A model generated the notes under the pieces. It was not told the origin of the DNA, made no database searches, and saw only the letters and a list, made by a program, of their open reading frames with translations. This document shows, one piece after another, positions 1-8,468 of a DNA stretch of 17,943 nt. Each line of letters begins with the position of its first letter. The first letter of the stretch is position 1. The stretch comes from an uncultured archaeon (GTDB lineage: Archaea; Iainarchaeota; Iainarchaeia; Iainarchaeales; CSSED10-239): NCBI GenBank assembly GCA_964586355.1, contig CAZPGO010000013.1:1-17943 (forward strand), written 5' to 3'. The translations under genes and the position numbers were made by a program.

Positions 1-78
1 AATGATTACTTTTACACGTAGTGCAAACTAATACCAACTCTCTCATCCCGTAAATATGTTTTGTAAAAAACGGTCAAA

Positions 79-104
79 TTCCTTCTAAAAAAGTTTAGAA
101 GGAA
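79..104. other. Perfect stem-loop: 11-bp arms ttccttctaaa / tttagaaggaa with a 4-nt loop
   Basis: Read directly from the sequence. The arms are exact reverse complements. The element lies inside the 491-nt non-coding stretch at the left edge. Its function (terminator of an off-window gene, protein binding site, or part of a small RNA) cannot be assigned. Confidence 0.5.
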
Positions 105-491
105 TAAATAAAATATGACCCACAAGGTTTATAAATAGATCTGCGCTAATATCCTTAATTTTTGCTTTATTTCTTGAAAAAAGAATAATTTAGGCTTTTT
201 CTCTCAAATTAGTTTTATTTTAGCTTTATTTTGTTTTAGAGGTTTTTTTAAAGTCTATTTTCAAAAAAAAAGTTTAATAAAGAGTTATTTTTTTTAGTAA
301 AAAAACAAAATAAAAAACATTTATAAGAAAATTAATGAAATATTCGTTAATTATCTTTTTTAATTTTGTAATATTCTACTAAAACTTGCTCTATCTTTTT
401 TAACCTTTATCTAAATTCTTTATATCTTTTTATATTGTTTTCTATTATATATATAATATGTTAACTATTTTATATAAAAATATTAATTATT

Positions 492-1697
492 GTGATTAAA
501 GTGATTATAGGAATTGTTGGAAAACCAAATGTAGGAAAAACAAAATTTTTTAAGGCATTAACATTAATGGATGCTGAATCAGCTAATTATCCATTTACTA
601 CAATAGATCCAAATAAAGGTATTGGCTTTGTTAGAAATAATTGTGTGGATTCTTTTTTTAATACACAATGTAATCCAAGACATGGATTTTGTAAAGAACA
701 CATAAGATTTTTACCAATAGACATTATTGATGTTGCAGGACTTGTTCCTGGTGCTAGTGAAGGAAGAGGTCTTGGTAACAAGTTTTTAACAGATCTTTAT
801 CAAGCACAAGCATTAATACAAGTAATTGATATTTCTGGATCTACTGATGAAGAAGGAAGACCAGTTCCATTAGGTAGTTATGATCCAGCTAATGAAATAA
901 ATTTTTTATTAAAAGAAGTAGAAACTTGGTTATTTGGAATATTTAAAAAAAATTTTGAAAAACTTGGAAGAGAACAACAAGTAAGAAAAACAAAAACTCT
1001 AAAAACATTATTATCTTTTATGAGTGGAATGGGTATTTCTGAAGAAATATTAGACTCTACCCTAAAATCTTTAGGATTAAATGAAAAAGAGGTAGCTACT
1101 TGGTCTGAAGAAGAGTTAATGGATTTTACAAAAAAAATAAGAGAAAAAACAAAACCAATAATTATTGCAGCAAACAAGATAGATCTACCTAATTCCTTAG
1201 AAAATCTAAAAAAACTAAAAGAAAAATTTCCTAATTTAAAAATCATAGGTTGTTGTGCAGAAGCTGAACTTGCACTAAAGTCTGCTGATAAAAATAAGGT
1301 TGTGGATTATTTACCTGGATCTTCTTCTTTTAAAATCTTAAAAGAAGATCTACCAAAAAAACAAAAAGAGGCATTAAGTTTTATTCAAAAAAACATATTA
1401 GATGAAAATGGATCTACTGGTGTCCAAGAAATTGTGGATTTTGTGGTTTTTGACATCCTAAAATTTATTGCCATTTACCCTGGAGGCTCAAAAAGTCTAA
1501 CAGACAAAAATGGAAATGTTTTACCAGATTGCTTTTTAATGCCACCTAAGTCTACAACCTTAGATTTTGCTTATAAATTGCATACTGATTTTGGTAAAAA
1601 CTTCATAAAAGCAATTGATGTTAAAACAAAAATGCTTCTTGGTAAAGATCATGTTCTTAAGAACAACGATGTTATTGAAATAATTTCTGGAAAGTAA
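492..1697 (+). CDS. Obg/YchF-DRG family GTPase with C-terminal TGS-like domain
   Basis: 401-codon ORF. It has a G1 P-loop GKPNVGKT, G3 DVAGLV, G4 NKID (AANKIDLP) and a C-terminal VLKNNDVIEIISGK tail typical of TGS domains. The Cys-containing insert between G1 and G3 is as in archaeal YchF-like GTPases. The start is GTG at 492, and an in-frame GTG at 501 is equally plausible. A TTTATATA box lies at 469-476. Confidence 0.85.
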   Translation: MIKVIIGIVGKPNVGKTKFFKALTLMDAESANYPFTTIDPNKGIGFVRNNCVDSFFNTQCNPRHGFCKEHIRFLPIDIIDVAGLVPGASEGRGLGNKFLTDLYQAQALIQVIDISGSTDEEGRPVPLGSYDPANEINFLLKEVETWLFGIFKKNFEKLGREQQVRKTKTLKTLLSFMSGMGISEEILDSTLKSLGLNEKEVATWSEEELMDFTKKIREKTKPIIIAANKIDLPNSLENLKKLKEKFPNLKIIGCCAEAELALKSADKNKVVDYLPGSSSFKILKEDLPKKQKEALSFIQKNILDENGSTGVQEIVDFVVFDILKFIAIYPGGSKSLTDKNGNVLPDCFLMPPKSTTLDFAYKLHTDFGKNFIKAIDVKTKMLLGKDHVLKNNDVIEIISGK

Positions 1698-1796
1698 CAA
1701 AGTTTGGTTTTTCTAAAAAATGGGTCTGTTCAAATATATTTATATATTGTTTATTGTTCTATTTTATAAAATAAATATTTTAAATTTGAATAAATT

Positions 1797-2555
1797 ATGG
1801 CAGGAACAATAACACATCTTTCTTTGATATCAGAATGTATTGCTGAAAAAAAATATTTTAAAAAACTAAATAAAAGATTTCTTTATTCTGGAGCTATTTT
1901 TCCTGATGTAAATTTATTTTTATGCTATCATAGAACGCCTGACAATAACCTCAGTAGATTCTGGCATACTGGAAAAAATGGTTATATGTTTGGAGTAAAA
2001 ATGTTAGAGTATAGTAAAAATAAAAAAGAAAGATCTTTTGCTATTGGCTTTATATCTCATTTTATTCTAGATAACTACATTCATGGATATCTTGCAAAAA
2101 AGAAAATTAAAAAATCTGTATATCACACAGTTTGTGAGTTCTTCTTAGATGGACAGTTTAAAAACAAAACAATCTTAGCACCTAAATACTGCCAATCATT
2201 AATCAACAGGGTTTTAAAATATGAATATCCTCAAATTTCTAAACATTATTTTACTAGCGTCCTACAAAAAAGATATTATTTTGCTTTTGTAAATAACATT
2301 ATTCAAAAACATCTAGTTACAAAAAAATATAGAAATTCTAAAAATGCAAAAAAAACCTATTTTTTAGATCTACTAATCTATCGCTTTGGTAAAAAACATG
2401 CTGACAAAATAGGTGCAGATATAAATGAAATTATTTATCCTAGAGATGAAATAAAAAAGAAATATTTATATGACCTAACAAACGAATACAGAAAAGCAAA
2501 AAAGTATTTTTTAAAACTAAACTTTGAAAGATTTATTAACATTAATTTGAGATAA
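1797..2555 (+). CDS. Zinc-dependent phospholipase C-like metallohydrolase, paralog 1
   Basis: 252-aa ORF with an N-terminal TH, then FPD, WH, SHFILDNYIH and HTVCE. The order of these His/Asp/Glu residues matches the metal-ligand pattern of the zinc-dependent phospholipase C family (Pfam Zn_dep_PLPC type). It is clearly homologous by eye to the next ORF. Confidence 0.6.
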   Translation: MAGTITHLSLISECIAEKKYFKKLNKRFLYSGAIFPDVNLFLCYHRTPDNNLSRFWHTGKNGYMFGVKMLEYSKNKKERSFAIGFISHFILDNYIHGYLAKKKIKKSVYHTVCEFFLDGQFKNKTILAPKYCQSLINRVLKYEYPQISKHYFTSVLQKRYYFAFVNNIIQKHLVTKKYRNSKNAKKTYFLDLLIYRFGKKHADKIGADINEIIYPRDEIKKKYLYDLTNEYRKAKKYFLKLNFERFININLR

Positions 2556-2556
2556 G

Positions 2557-3333
2557 ATGGCAAGTTTACTAACACACACTAATTTCATTAAAGAAATACA
2601 AAGCAAATATTCAAAGTTATTTCCAAAAAAAGATATTTTCTATTTAATAAGTGGTGCAACTTTTCCAGATCTGTTTTATTTTACACATTTAAGAGATTAT
2701 AAAAAGCACCCGAATTTTAGTAATTTTTTGCATAAAAAAAACAATGGTCTAAAATATGCAAAAGCTCTTTTAAAAAAAGCAAAAAATAAAAAAGAGATTT
2801 ACTTTGCTATTGGGTTTTATTCTCATTTTATATTAGACAAAAGAATACACAACTATCTTAAAGAAAAGAATATGATTAATAATATTAATCATCAGATCTG
2901 TGAATGTTATTTAGATGCTGAGTTTGAAAAATCAAAAATTGTAATTCCCTATTACCCAAAAAAACTATTAAAAAAAATAATCAAAGAATTTAATGAGGAA
3001 AATTACAAAAAGTATATTACTCAAATAAATATGAAAAATAAATCAAAATCTCTATTCTTTAAGATAGCTAACCAAGTAGTAAATAAATTAGTAAATCAAA
3101 AATATAGAGTAATATCTAAGAAAAAAACAGAAACAAAACTAAAAAAAATACTTACTAAATTAACAAAGATGTTTAAATATAAAAATATGGGCAATAATGT
3201 AAATTTACTTTTAAACCCAGATATCAAAATAAAATTTAAACATATAGAAAATCTTTATAGAGAATACACTTTGGCTTTAAAAGAGATGGATGATATTATA
3301 AATAAATATAAAAAAATTATTTTGAATAATTAG
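2557..3333 (+). CDS. Zinc-dependent phospholipase C-like metallohydrolase, paralog 2
   Basis: 258-aa ORF starting 1 nt after the stop of paralog 1. It has the same motif series: TH, FPD, LH, SHFILDKRIH, HQICE. Its lysine-rich C-terminal half is diverged from paralog 1. Confidence 0.6.
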   Translation: MASLLTHTNFIKEIQSKYSKLFPKKDIFYLISGATFPDLFYFTHLRDYKKHPNFSNFLHKKNNGLKYAKALLKKAKNKKEIYFAIGFYSHFILDKRIHNYLKEKNMINNINHQICECYLDAEFEKSKIVIPYYPKKLLKKIIKEFNEENYKKYITQINMKNKSKSLFFKIANQVVNKLVNQKYRVISKKKTETKLKKILTKLTKMFKYKNMGNNVNLLLNPDIKIKFKHIENLYREYTLALKEMDDIINKYKKIILNN

Positions 3334-4405
3334 TACTATACTTTTTTTCATCATCAACAATATCTTTTTCTTGCCATTCTTTTACCCAGTCGTCTACTAA
3401 AAACTCCTTATATTTTCCATCAGCAGTAGAGCACACAACTTTTTTTATACCTGCATTAATTATCATTTTTTTACAGATATAGCACGGAAAAGAATCAATT
3501 GCTTTTTCTAGTCCTTGATAGTTTCTCTTACCATAAAGATAGAGTGTACCCCCCATAATAGAAACTCCTTCTCTAGCAGCATTAATAATAGCATTTTGCT
3601 CAGCATGAACACTTGAACAAAGTTCATATTGTTGTCCTGATGGTATATTTAATTTTCTTCTAAGACAATATCCTCTCTCAAAACAGTCTTTTGTTCCTCT
3701 TGGTGCTCCAACATACCCTGTGGACTTTATAACATTGCCTTTAGTAATTACAGCACCAAATCTCACACACAAACAGTTGCCTCTTAATGACACCACATCT
3801 GCAATTTTTAAAAAATATTCATCCCAACTTGGCTTTATTCTATTGTTTATTTGAATTTTTAGTAAAAGGTTTTCTATTTGTGGTTTTAGTTCTTCAATTG
3901 ATCCATTATTATCTAAAACATATTGAGAGGATTCTTTACATTTTAAAAGATTTTGAGAATTCGGATCTCTATTATTCATTTCTTTTTTTTCTGAAAGTAT
4001 AAATTCTTCAAAATTATCTATATGCTCTTTTTCTTTTAATCTTTCTTTTGCTCTTTGATATCTAATCTTTTCATCAGCATCTATAAATACTAAACTAAAG
4101 TTTGGTAATTTTTTTAATTCGTTTATTTCTCCTTCTGTTCTTATGGATTCTACAACATAATTCTTTTCTAAACCATTTAATCTTATTCTATCAGATAATC
4201 TTTTCGCCAAGATATTTGGTCCATACTTTTCTCTTAACAAATTTCCTGTTTTTTGAAGGTTATCTCTTGAGATCTCTATATTTTCTTTTCTACATTCTTC
4301 TCTTATTTCATCTGAACAAGAATATACAATAAAACTTTTTTCTTTAAGAGTTTCTGAAAGCACTCCTTTTCCTGATGCTAAAAATCCTGTTATTCCTATT
4401 ATCAT
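3317..4405 (-). CDS. Fusion protein: N-terminal P-loop nucleotide/nucleoside kinase-like domain plus C-terminal dCMP/cytidine deaminase domain
   Basis: 362-aa ORF. Residues 1-~185 carry the Walker A motif GFLASGKG and resemble archaeal UPF0200/dephospho-CoA-kinase-like P-loop kinases (SIRTEGEINELKK, VFIDADEKIRYQRAKER). Residues ~192-345 are a ComEB-type deaminase (SWDEYFLKIA, zinc motifs HAEQNA and PCYICKK, AGIKKVV). An AGGAGAG Shine-Dalgarno-like motif lies about 8 nt upstream of the ATG. The 3' end overlaps the convergent gene 2557..3333 by 17 nt. Confidence 0.85.
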   Translation of the reverse strand: MIIGITGFLASGKGVLSETLKEKSFIVYSCSDEIREECRKENIEISRDNLQKTGNLLREKYGPNILAKRLSDRIRLNGLEKNYVVESIRTEGEINELKKLPNFSLVFIDADEKIRYQRAKERLKEKEHIDNFEEFILSEKKEMNNRDPNSQNLLKCKESSQYVLDNNGSIEELKPQIENLLLKIQINNRIKPSWDEYFLKIADVVSLRGNCLCVRFGAVITKGNVIKSTGYVGAPRGTKDCFERGYCLRRKLNIPSGQQYELCSSVHAEQNAIINAAREGVSIMGGTLYLYGKRNYQGLEKAIDSFPCYICKKMIINAGIKKVVCSTADGKYKEFLVDDWVKEWQEKDIVDDEKKYSTNYSK

Positions 4406-4422
4406 TATTTTTCTCTCCTATT

Positions 4423-5313
4423 TTATTTTTTACTTATTTGGTTTAATTTTTTATCTAGTAAAGAATGTGCTACTTTTGCATATTTTCTTGGTAATCTAAA
4501 TCCCTTAATAATTTGTTTTACTAAAGCATGATCTAATACAGGAGAGGTAGATAAGCGCCCCCAATTAATCTTACTTAACCCATCCAGATCTATTAAAGTT
4601 ACCTTAGGTTCACCTTTTACACTCTCTATTGCCCAATTACCAAAATGGGGGTGTCTATGAACATATCCTTCTTGCCACACTTTACTAATGGTAGTTATTA
4701 TTTGTCTAGTTATACTCATTTTCTGATCTGTTGTTAATTTTTGTACTAAATTACTTTCTAACAATGTTTTTAAAGTATTTATTTTTGGGTTTGGATGATC
4801 TAAATGAAAAGCAAAAGATATACCTACAGGTTCAGATTTTATTAAAATATCTCCTCTTTCTAAAAAGCAACCTTGTTTTTCTAAAGAAGCAATTTCTGCT
4901 TTGCTGCCTATCCCTAGAATTGGTTCTACAGATATGTTTTTTTCTAATAAACTTTGCCAAATAAAGTAGTTTTTTTTAGAAATATTTCTATAAAGAACTC
5001 CATTTTTATAAACTAAAAAAGTTCTTTCTCCTTTATTTAGGGATTTGTTTTTTAGTATGTGCCATTTTCTTATTGCTTTATTTTCTTGTTTAGAGAGAAT
5101 ATGATCTTCTAACCTTTGAATTGCAAAACTATCTTTTAATTTTTCAAACACCCTTAAAAAAGAACCATTTTGTTTTAGATCTTCAAATTCTTCTTTTGTT
5201 AGTTGTCTTAACTTTTTTTCCATCTTTAGAGGTAATTTTAATTTTTTGCCATGATTATATTTAGACAATTCTTCTACAAAAGCAGAATAGTTTATTTTTC
5301 TTGGTTTTGGCAT
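4423..5313 (-). CDS. Hypothetical protein with divergent protein-kinase-like C-terminal region (catalytic loop HRHPHFGN, then LIDLDG)
   Basis: 296-aa ORF, 17 nt upstream of the kinase-deaminase gene and 2 nt downstream of ORF 5316..5741. HRHPHFGN (4636-4659) aligns with HxDLxxxN catalytic loops of Kdo/RIO/APH-type kinases, but with His in place of the catalytic Asp. IDLDG fits the metal-binding DFG position. The fold assignment rests on motifs only. Confidence 0.5.
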   Translation of the reverse strand: MPKPRKINYSAFVEELSKYNHGKKLKLPLKMEKKLRQLTKEEFEDLKQNGSFLRVFEKLKDSFAIQRLEDHILSKQENKAIRKWHILKNKSLNKGERTFLVYKNGVLYRNISKKNYFIWQSLLEKNISVEPILGIGSKAEIASLEKQGCFLERGDILIKSEPVGISFAFHLDHPNPKINTLKTLLESNLVQKLTTDQKMSITRQIITTISKVWQEGYVHRHPHFGNWAIESVKGEPKVTLIDLDGLSKINWGRLSTSPVLDHALVKQIIKGFRLPRKYAKVAHSLLDKKLNQISKK

Positions 5314-5315
5314 AT

Positions 5316-5741
5316 TTATAAAACTCTTTTCTTTATTTTTTGTGTTTTGATCTTTGGCAATGTTCTTGCTGGTTTTAATTTTGGTTTTACTTTTTTAAAA
5401 ATATTATAAATATCATTAAAAAATTCTTTGTTTTGTCCATGAGTACAAATAAAATTAAATTTTTTTGTTTTTGGATTATAATCTCCAGAAATCATGTTTG
5501 CCATTTCCATAAGTTCATTAGGGATTTTTAGGTGACTTTCAAGTAGGAATAATAATGAGTTATGTAGCATAGATCTTTCTTTATTTACAGAAATAGAAAC
5601 TACTGCTTTTTTTCCAAAAAGTTCTATGCCTACAAAAGAGATTGTACTTCCTTTATTATGTTTATAATTAATAAGTGCAATATCCTTTACTTCTTTTATC
5701 TCAAAATCAGAGATATTTAATGTTTCCTGCATAATTCTCAA
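5316..5741 (-). CDS. Hypothetical protein with a very basic C-terminal tail
   Basis: 141-aa ORF and first gene of the 5741->3317 minus-strand cluster. It has no recognisable motif. The C-terminus KKVKPKLKPARTLPKIKTQKIKKRVL is strongly basic. Confidence 0.6.
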   Translation of the reverse strand: MRIMQETLNISDFEIKEVKDIALINYKHNKGSTISFVGIELFGKKAVVSISVNKERSMLHNSLLFLLESHLKIPNELMEMANMISGDYNPKTKKFNFICTHGQNKEFFNDIYNIFKKVKPKLKPARTLPKIKTQKIKKRVL

Positions 5742-5805
5742 ATATGGATGAGTGAAAATCTTTTTATTCTTTGTTTTTATGAAAATATAAGTAAATTATA
5801 TTAAA

Positions 5806-5973
5806 TTATTTCTTTTTTGAAAAAAAGTATATTGAATAGCCCATAATTGCAGAAAACGATATAATTACTGAAACAATTGGATCTATAACTGCACTAAACA
5901 TAACAAATATTGCAACAATTACTGAAACTGTTCCTTCTTTATTATAATTTTCTTTTTTTAATTTTTTTTTCAT
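5806..5973 (-). CDS. Possible small membrane protein (55 aa), not in the supplied ORF track
   Basis: Hand translation from the ATG at 5973 gives MKKKLKKENYNKEGTVSVIVAIFVMFSAVIDPIVSVIISFSAIMGYSIYFFSKKK, ending at the TAA at 5806-5808. The layout is a charged N-terminus, about 40 hydrophobic residues (one or two TM helices) and a KKK C-terminus. It is below the ORF-track size cutoff. Confidence 0.35.
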   Translation of the reverse strand: MKKKLKKENYNKEGTVSVIVAIFVMFSAVIDPIVSVIISFSAIMGYSIYFFSKKK

Positions 5974-6083
5974 ATTTTCAATTCACACTTAAAATAAAGT
6001 TTCTTACAAAATATTTAAAAACAAAAGCGATTATAAATGTATTTAATTTTAAATAAATCAAAAGATAAATAAAAGAGATAAAA

Positions 6084-6608
6084 ATGTTTAAAGAAATAAA
6101 AACAAAAAGATTTGTTATAAGAGAACTTACTTATAAAGATAAAGATTCTTTTGAAAAATATGTAAATGATAAGGAGATTTCCAAAAACAACATAGATATT
6201 CCTTATCCTTACCCAAGATCTAAAATAGATCTATTATTTGATGAAATTATATCTAATTATTCTTTAGAAAAACCCAAACACCTAGCATACGGAATATATA
6301 TAGACACTAAAGTTTGCGGATATATTGGGTTACATAAAATCCATAGACACCATAAAGCAGAAATAGGTTATTGGCTTGCAAAAAAATACAGAAATCAAGG
6401 AATTATGACTCTTGCTATTAAAAAGATTTGCGAACATGGTTTTAAAAAACTTAAACTAAAAAGAATATGGGCGCCTGTTTTTTCATACAATTCAGAATCT
6501 AAAAAAGTTCTTGAAAAAAATGGGTTTATCCTTGAAGGGATTTTAAAAAAATCCGTTTTCAAAGATAAATCTTTTGTTGATGAATGGATCTATTCTAAAA
6601 CAAAATAG
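6084..6608 (+). CDS. GNAT family N-acetyltransferase (RimJ/RimL-like)
   Basis: 174-aa ORF. IGYWLAKKYRNQGIMTLAIKKICEHGF followed by LKRIWAPVFSYNSESKKVLEKNGFILEGILKKS matches the acetyl-CoA-binding core and C-terminal signature of RimJ/RimL-type GNATs. Confidence 0.85.
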   Translation: MFKEIKTKRFVIRELTYKDKDSFEKYVNDKEISKNNIDIPYPYPRSKIDLLFDEIISNYSLEKPKHLAYGIYIDTKVCGYIGLHKIHRHHKAEIGYWLAKKYRNQGIMTLAIKKICEHGFKKLKLKRIWAPVFSYNSESKKVLEKNGFILEGILKKSVFKDKSFVDEWIYSKTK

Positions 6609-6610
6609 AT

Positions 6611-6880
6611 TTATTTAGACAACCACTTTGAAAGCTTTATAGTTACAAAAACAGCAATAAAAGTAACAACAATAGCATAAACTAACATAGCCCAAAGATT
6701 ATCCGCAGTACCAAAAACAGTAACAAATAAAGTTTTTATGGTGTCATTCCAAGCAAGTGCAGCAACCAAACCAAAGGCAGCTGTAATTAGGGCCATAACT
6801 TTATTGGAAGTTTCTTTTTTAAGTTCTTCTTTTTCTTCTTTTAATTTTTCTTTACTAATCGACTTTATTTTTTTCATCAT
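6611..6880 (-). CDS. Small membrane protein (charged N-terminal segment plus two predicted TM helices)
   Basis: 89-aa ORF. A Lys/Glu-rich N-terminus is followed by VMALITAAFGLVAALAWNDTI and AMLVYAIVVTFIAVFVTIKL. It resembles small conserved membrane proteins of uncultivated archaea and CPR, but I cannot name the family with certainty. Confidence 0.6.
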   Translation of the reverse strand: MMKKIKSISKEKLKEEKEELKKETSNKVMALITAAFGLVAALAWNDTIKTLFVTVFGTADNLWAMLVYAIVVTFIAVFVTIKLSKWLSK

Positions 6881-6954
6881 AAAATAATCACCTTAAATAA
6901 ATTAAATTATATGAATTTATAATAATATCATAGAATAAATATTATTGAACAATT

Positions 6955-7560
6955 ATGACAAAAAAGCAAAAAAATCCAGAAAAAAAATCACTTTATTATC
7001 TTAAAATTGATTTAAGTAATAGAGATCAACTAACAAAAGCAATAATAGATCAAATAATGGAAATGAACACCATAGAAAAAATAAACCCAAAAACATTTGG
7101 AAAAGATCTAGAAAAAAAATTAGCATCTGGAAAAACACATATGTATCTTGCTTTTGAAAGAGACCCAATAACAAACCAAATTAAAAAAAATAAATTATTA
7201 GGTGTTGCTTATGGGCATCTAAACGGATCTTCTTTTTACCTATCTAGATTTTTCGTAAATAAAAATATAAGGAATGAAGGTATTGGTTTTAAATTATTAC
7301 TACATGCTTATAGTCATATTATTCACAAACTAAAAGCAACCAAAATAAATATGATCTCCTATCCTGGAACCTCTAATATTAATGAAAAAATTGTTGGTAG
7401 AAGATATATAACTATTTTTAAAGATGGGAAACCCACAGAAATTTTAAGAAAATTTAATTCATCATTTCGGTTAAATTTAGAATCAAAACCAGATTCCAAA
7501 AATTTAAAAAAAGAAAATATAAAAGTAATTTCTTTAAATAAAAGGAAAAGAGTTCTTTAA
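6955..7560 (+). CDS. Putative GNAT-like acetyltransferase (weak)
   Basis: 201-aa ORF. LLGVAYGHLNGSSFYLSRFFVNKNIRNEGIGFKLLLHAY resembles GNAT beta4-alpha3 motif A (R/Q-x-x-G-x-G). There is no other support. Confidence 0.45.
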   Translation: MTKKQKNPEKKSLYYLKIDLSNRDQLTKAIIDQIMEMNTIEKINPKTFGKDLEKKLASGKTHMYLAFERDPITNQIKKNKLLGVAYGHLNGSSFYLSRFFVNKNIRNEGIGFKLLLHAYSHIIHKLKATKINMISYPGTSNINEKIVGRRYITIFKDGKPTEILRKFNSSFRLNLESKPDSKNLKKENIKVISLNKRKRVL

Positions 7561-7587
7561 GAAATTCAAATTATTTTCTAAAAAATT

Positions 7588-7959
7588 TTATTTAAATTTA
7601 TATATACCGTATGGATTATGAGCAGATGGATTCATATCATAATCAATATCATCTAATTTTAATAGTATTTGATTTAAAATTAATTTGTCTTTTAACAAAT
7701 AGGATTTAGTAAGTTTTCTATTAAATTTAAGATTGGCCATTTTAAAATAAATATTATCCTCAAAAACAAAAAACACATAAACTAAACACTCTTTAATTTC
7801 TTTTAAATCAACTAATTCTAAAAAAACCTGTTTAGATTTTGTTTTTTTTAAACAAATATAGATATTATTTTTTGTTTTTGTTATAAACTTATTATATTCT
7901 GTTTTTGAGATATTAAACTTAGAAAAGCCACTAAGATCAAAAATTATTTCTTTATTCAT
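7588..7959 (-). CDS. Hypothetical protein
   Basis: 123-aa ORF that starts 1 nt after the stop of ORF 7961..8419 on the same strand. It has no recognisable motif. Confidence 0.55.
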   Translation of the reverse strand: MNKEIIFDLSGFSKFNISKTEYNKFITKTKNNIYICLKKTKSKQVFLELVDLKEIKECLVYVFFVFEDNIYFKMANLKFNRKLTKSYLLKDKLILNQILLKLDDIDYDMNPSAHNPYGIYKFK

Positions 7960-7960
7960 A

Positions 7961-8419
7961 TTAACATTTTTTTATATTTAAATATATTTTTTCACAAAAA
8001 TCAGAACAAATATTTAAATCTTCGTTTGTTAATGAATCATTACACTCATTTAAACAATTGTTTTTTATTAAAAGATCAAAACCATTTTTTGATTTCTGTG
8101 TGTTTATTCCCAAAGGATATAACTTAATATTGTTATAACCAATAAGATTATAAGTATAATTAATATCAAAATATAATGGCGTGTATTCAAAACTAATTTT
8201 ATTAACCTCTATTTTATTAATAAAATCAATTAGATTTATATTTAATTGATTAGATTTAATTTTATTAATTTCTTTAATAACACATTCTTTTTGAGCATCA
8301 TGTATATTTTTGGTTTCTTGTTCTATATTTGAAAACAAAAAAAAAACATATATAGCAATAATCATTACACAAATAATTAAAAAAACATTAATCATAGTTC
8401 TAAAATCTATTTGAGACAT
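7961..8419 (-). CDS. Hypothetical membrane-anchored, Cys-containing protein
   Basis: 152-aa ORF with an N-terminal hydrophobic anchor (INVFLIICVMIIAIYVFFLF). The extracytoplasmic-looking part has seven Cys, six of them near the C-terminus (NNCLNECNDS, LNICSDFCEK, terminal C). Confidence 0.6.
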   Translation of the reverse strand: MSQIDFRTMINVFLIICVMIIAIYVFFLFSNIEQETKNIHDAQKECVIKEINKIKSNQLNINLIDFINKIEVNKISFEYTPLYFDINYTYNLIGYNNIKLYPLGINTQKSKNGFDLLIKNNCLNECNDSLTNEDLNICSDFCEKIYLNIKKC

Positions 8420-8468
8420 ATAAAATACAGATGCGATTTAGTTAAAAAGGATTTTCTTTTTAAAAAAT

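Noticed and set aside
1-46. Possible start of a minus-strand gene running off the left edge (ATG at 44-46; MRELVLVCTTCKSNH..., with a CxxC pair suggesting a zinc-ribbon protein).
   Set aside because: Only 15 codons are visible and there is no convincing ribosome-binding or promoter signal, so the sequence is too short to support a call.
587-1246. Antisense track ORFs 587..781 and 878..1246 inside the GTPase gene. Similar shadow ORFs are 3787..4002, 4102..4332, 4731..4964, 11860..12063, 14601..14792, 15742..15963 and 16090..16272.
   Set aside because: All lie entirely within, and antisense to, longer ORFs with recognisable domains or a coherent membrane-protein character. Their sequences are low-complexity (Leu/Phe/Ile-rich). 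Such open antisense frames are expected in AT-rich coding DNA.
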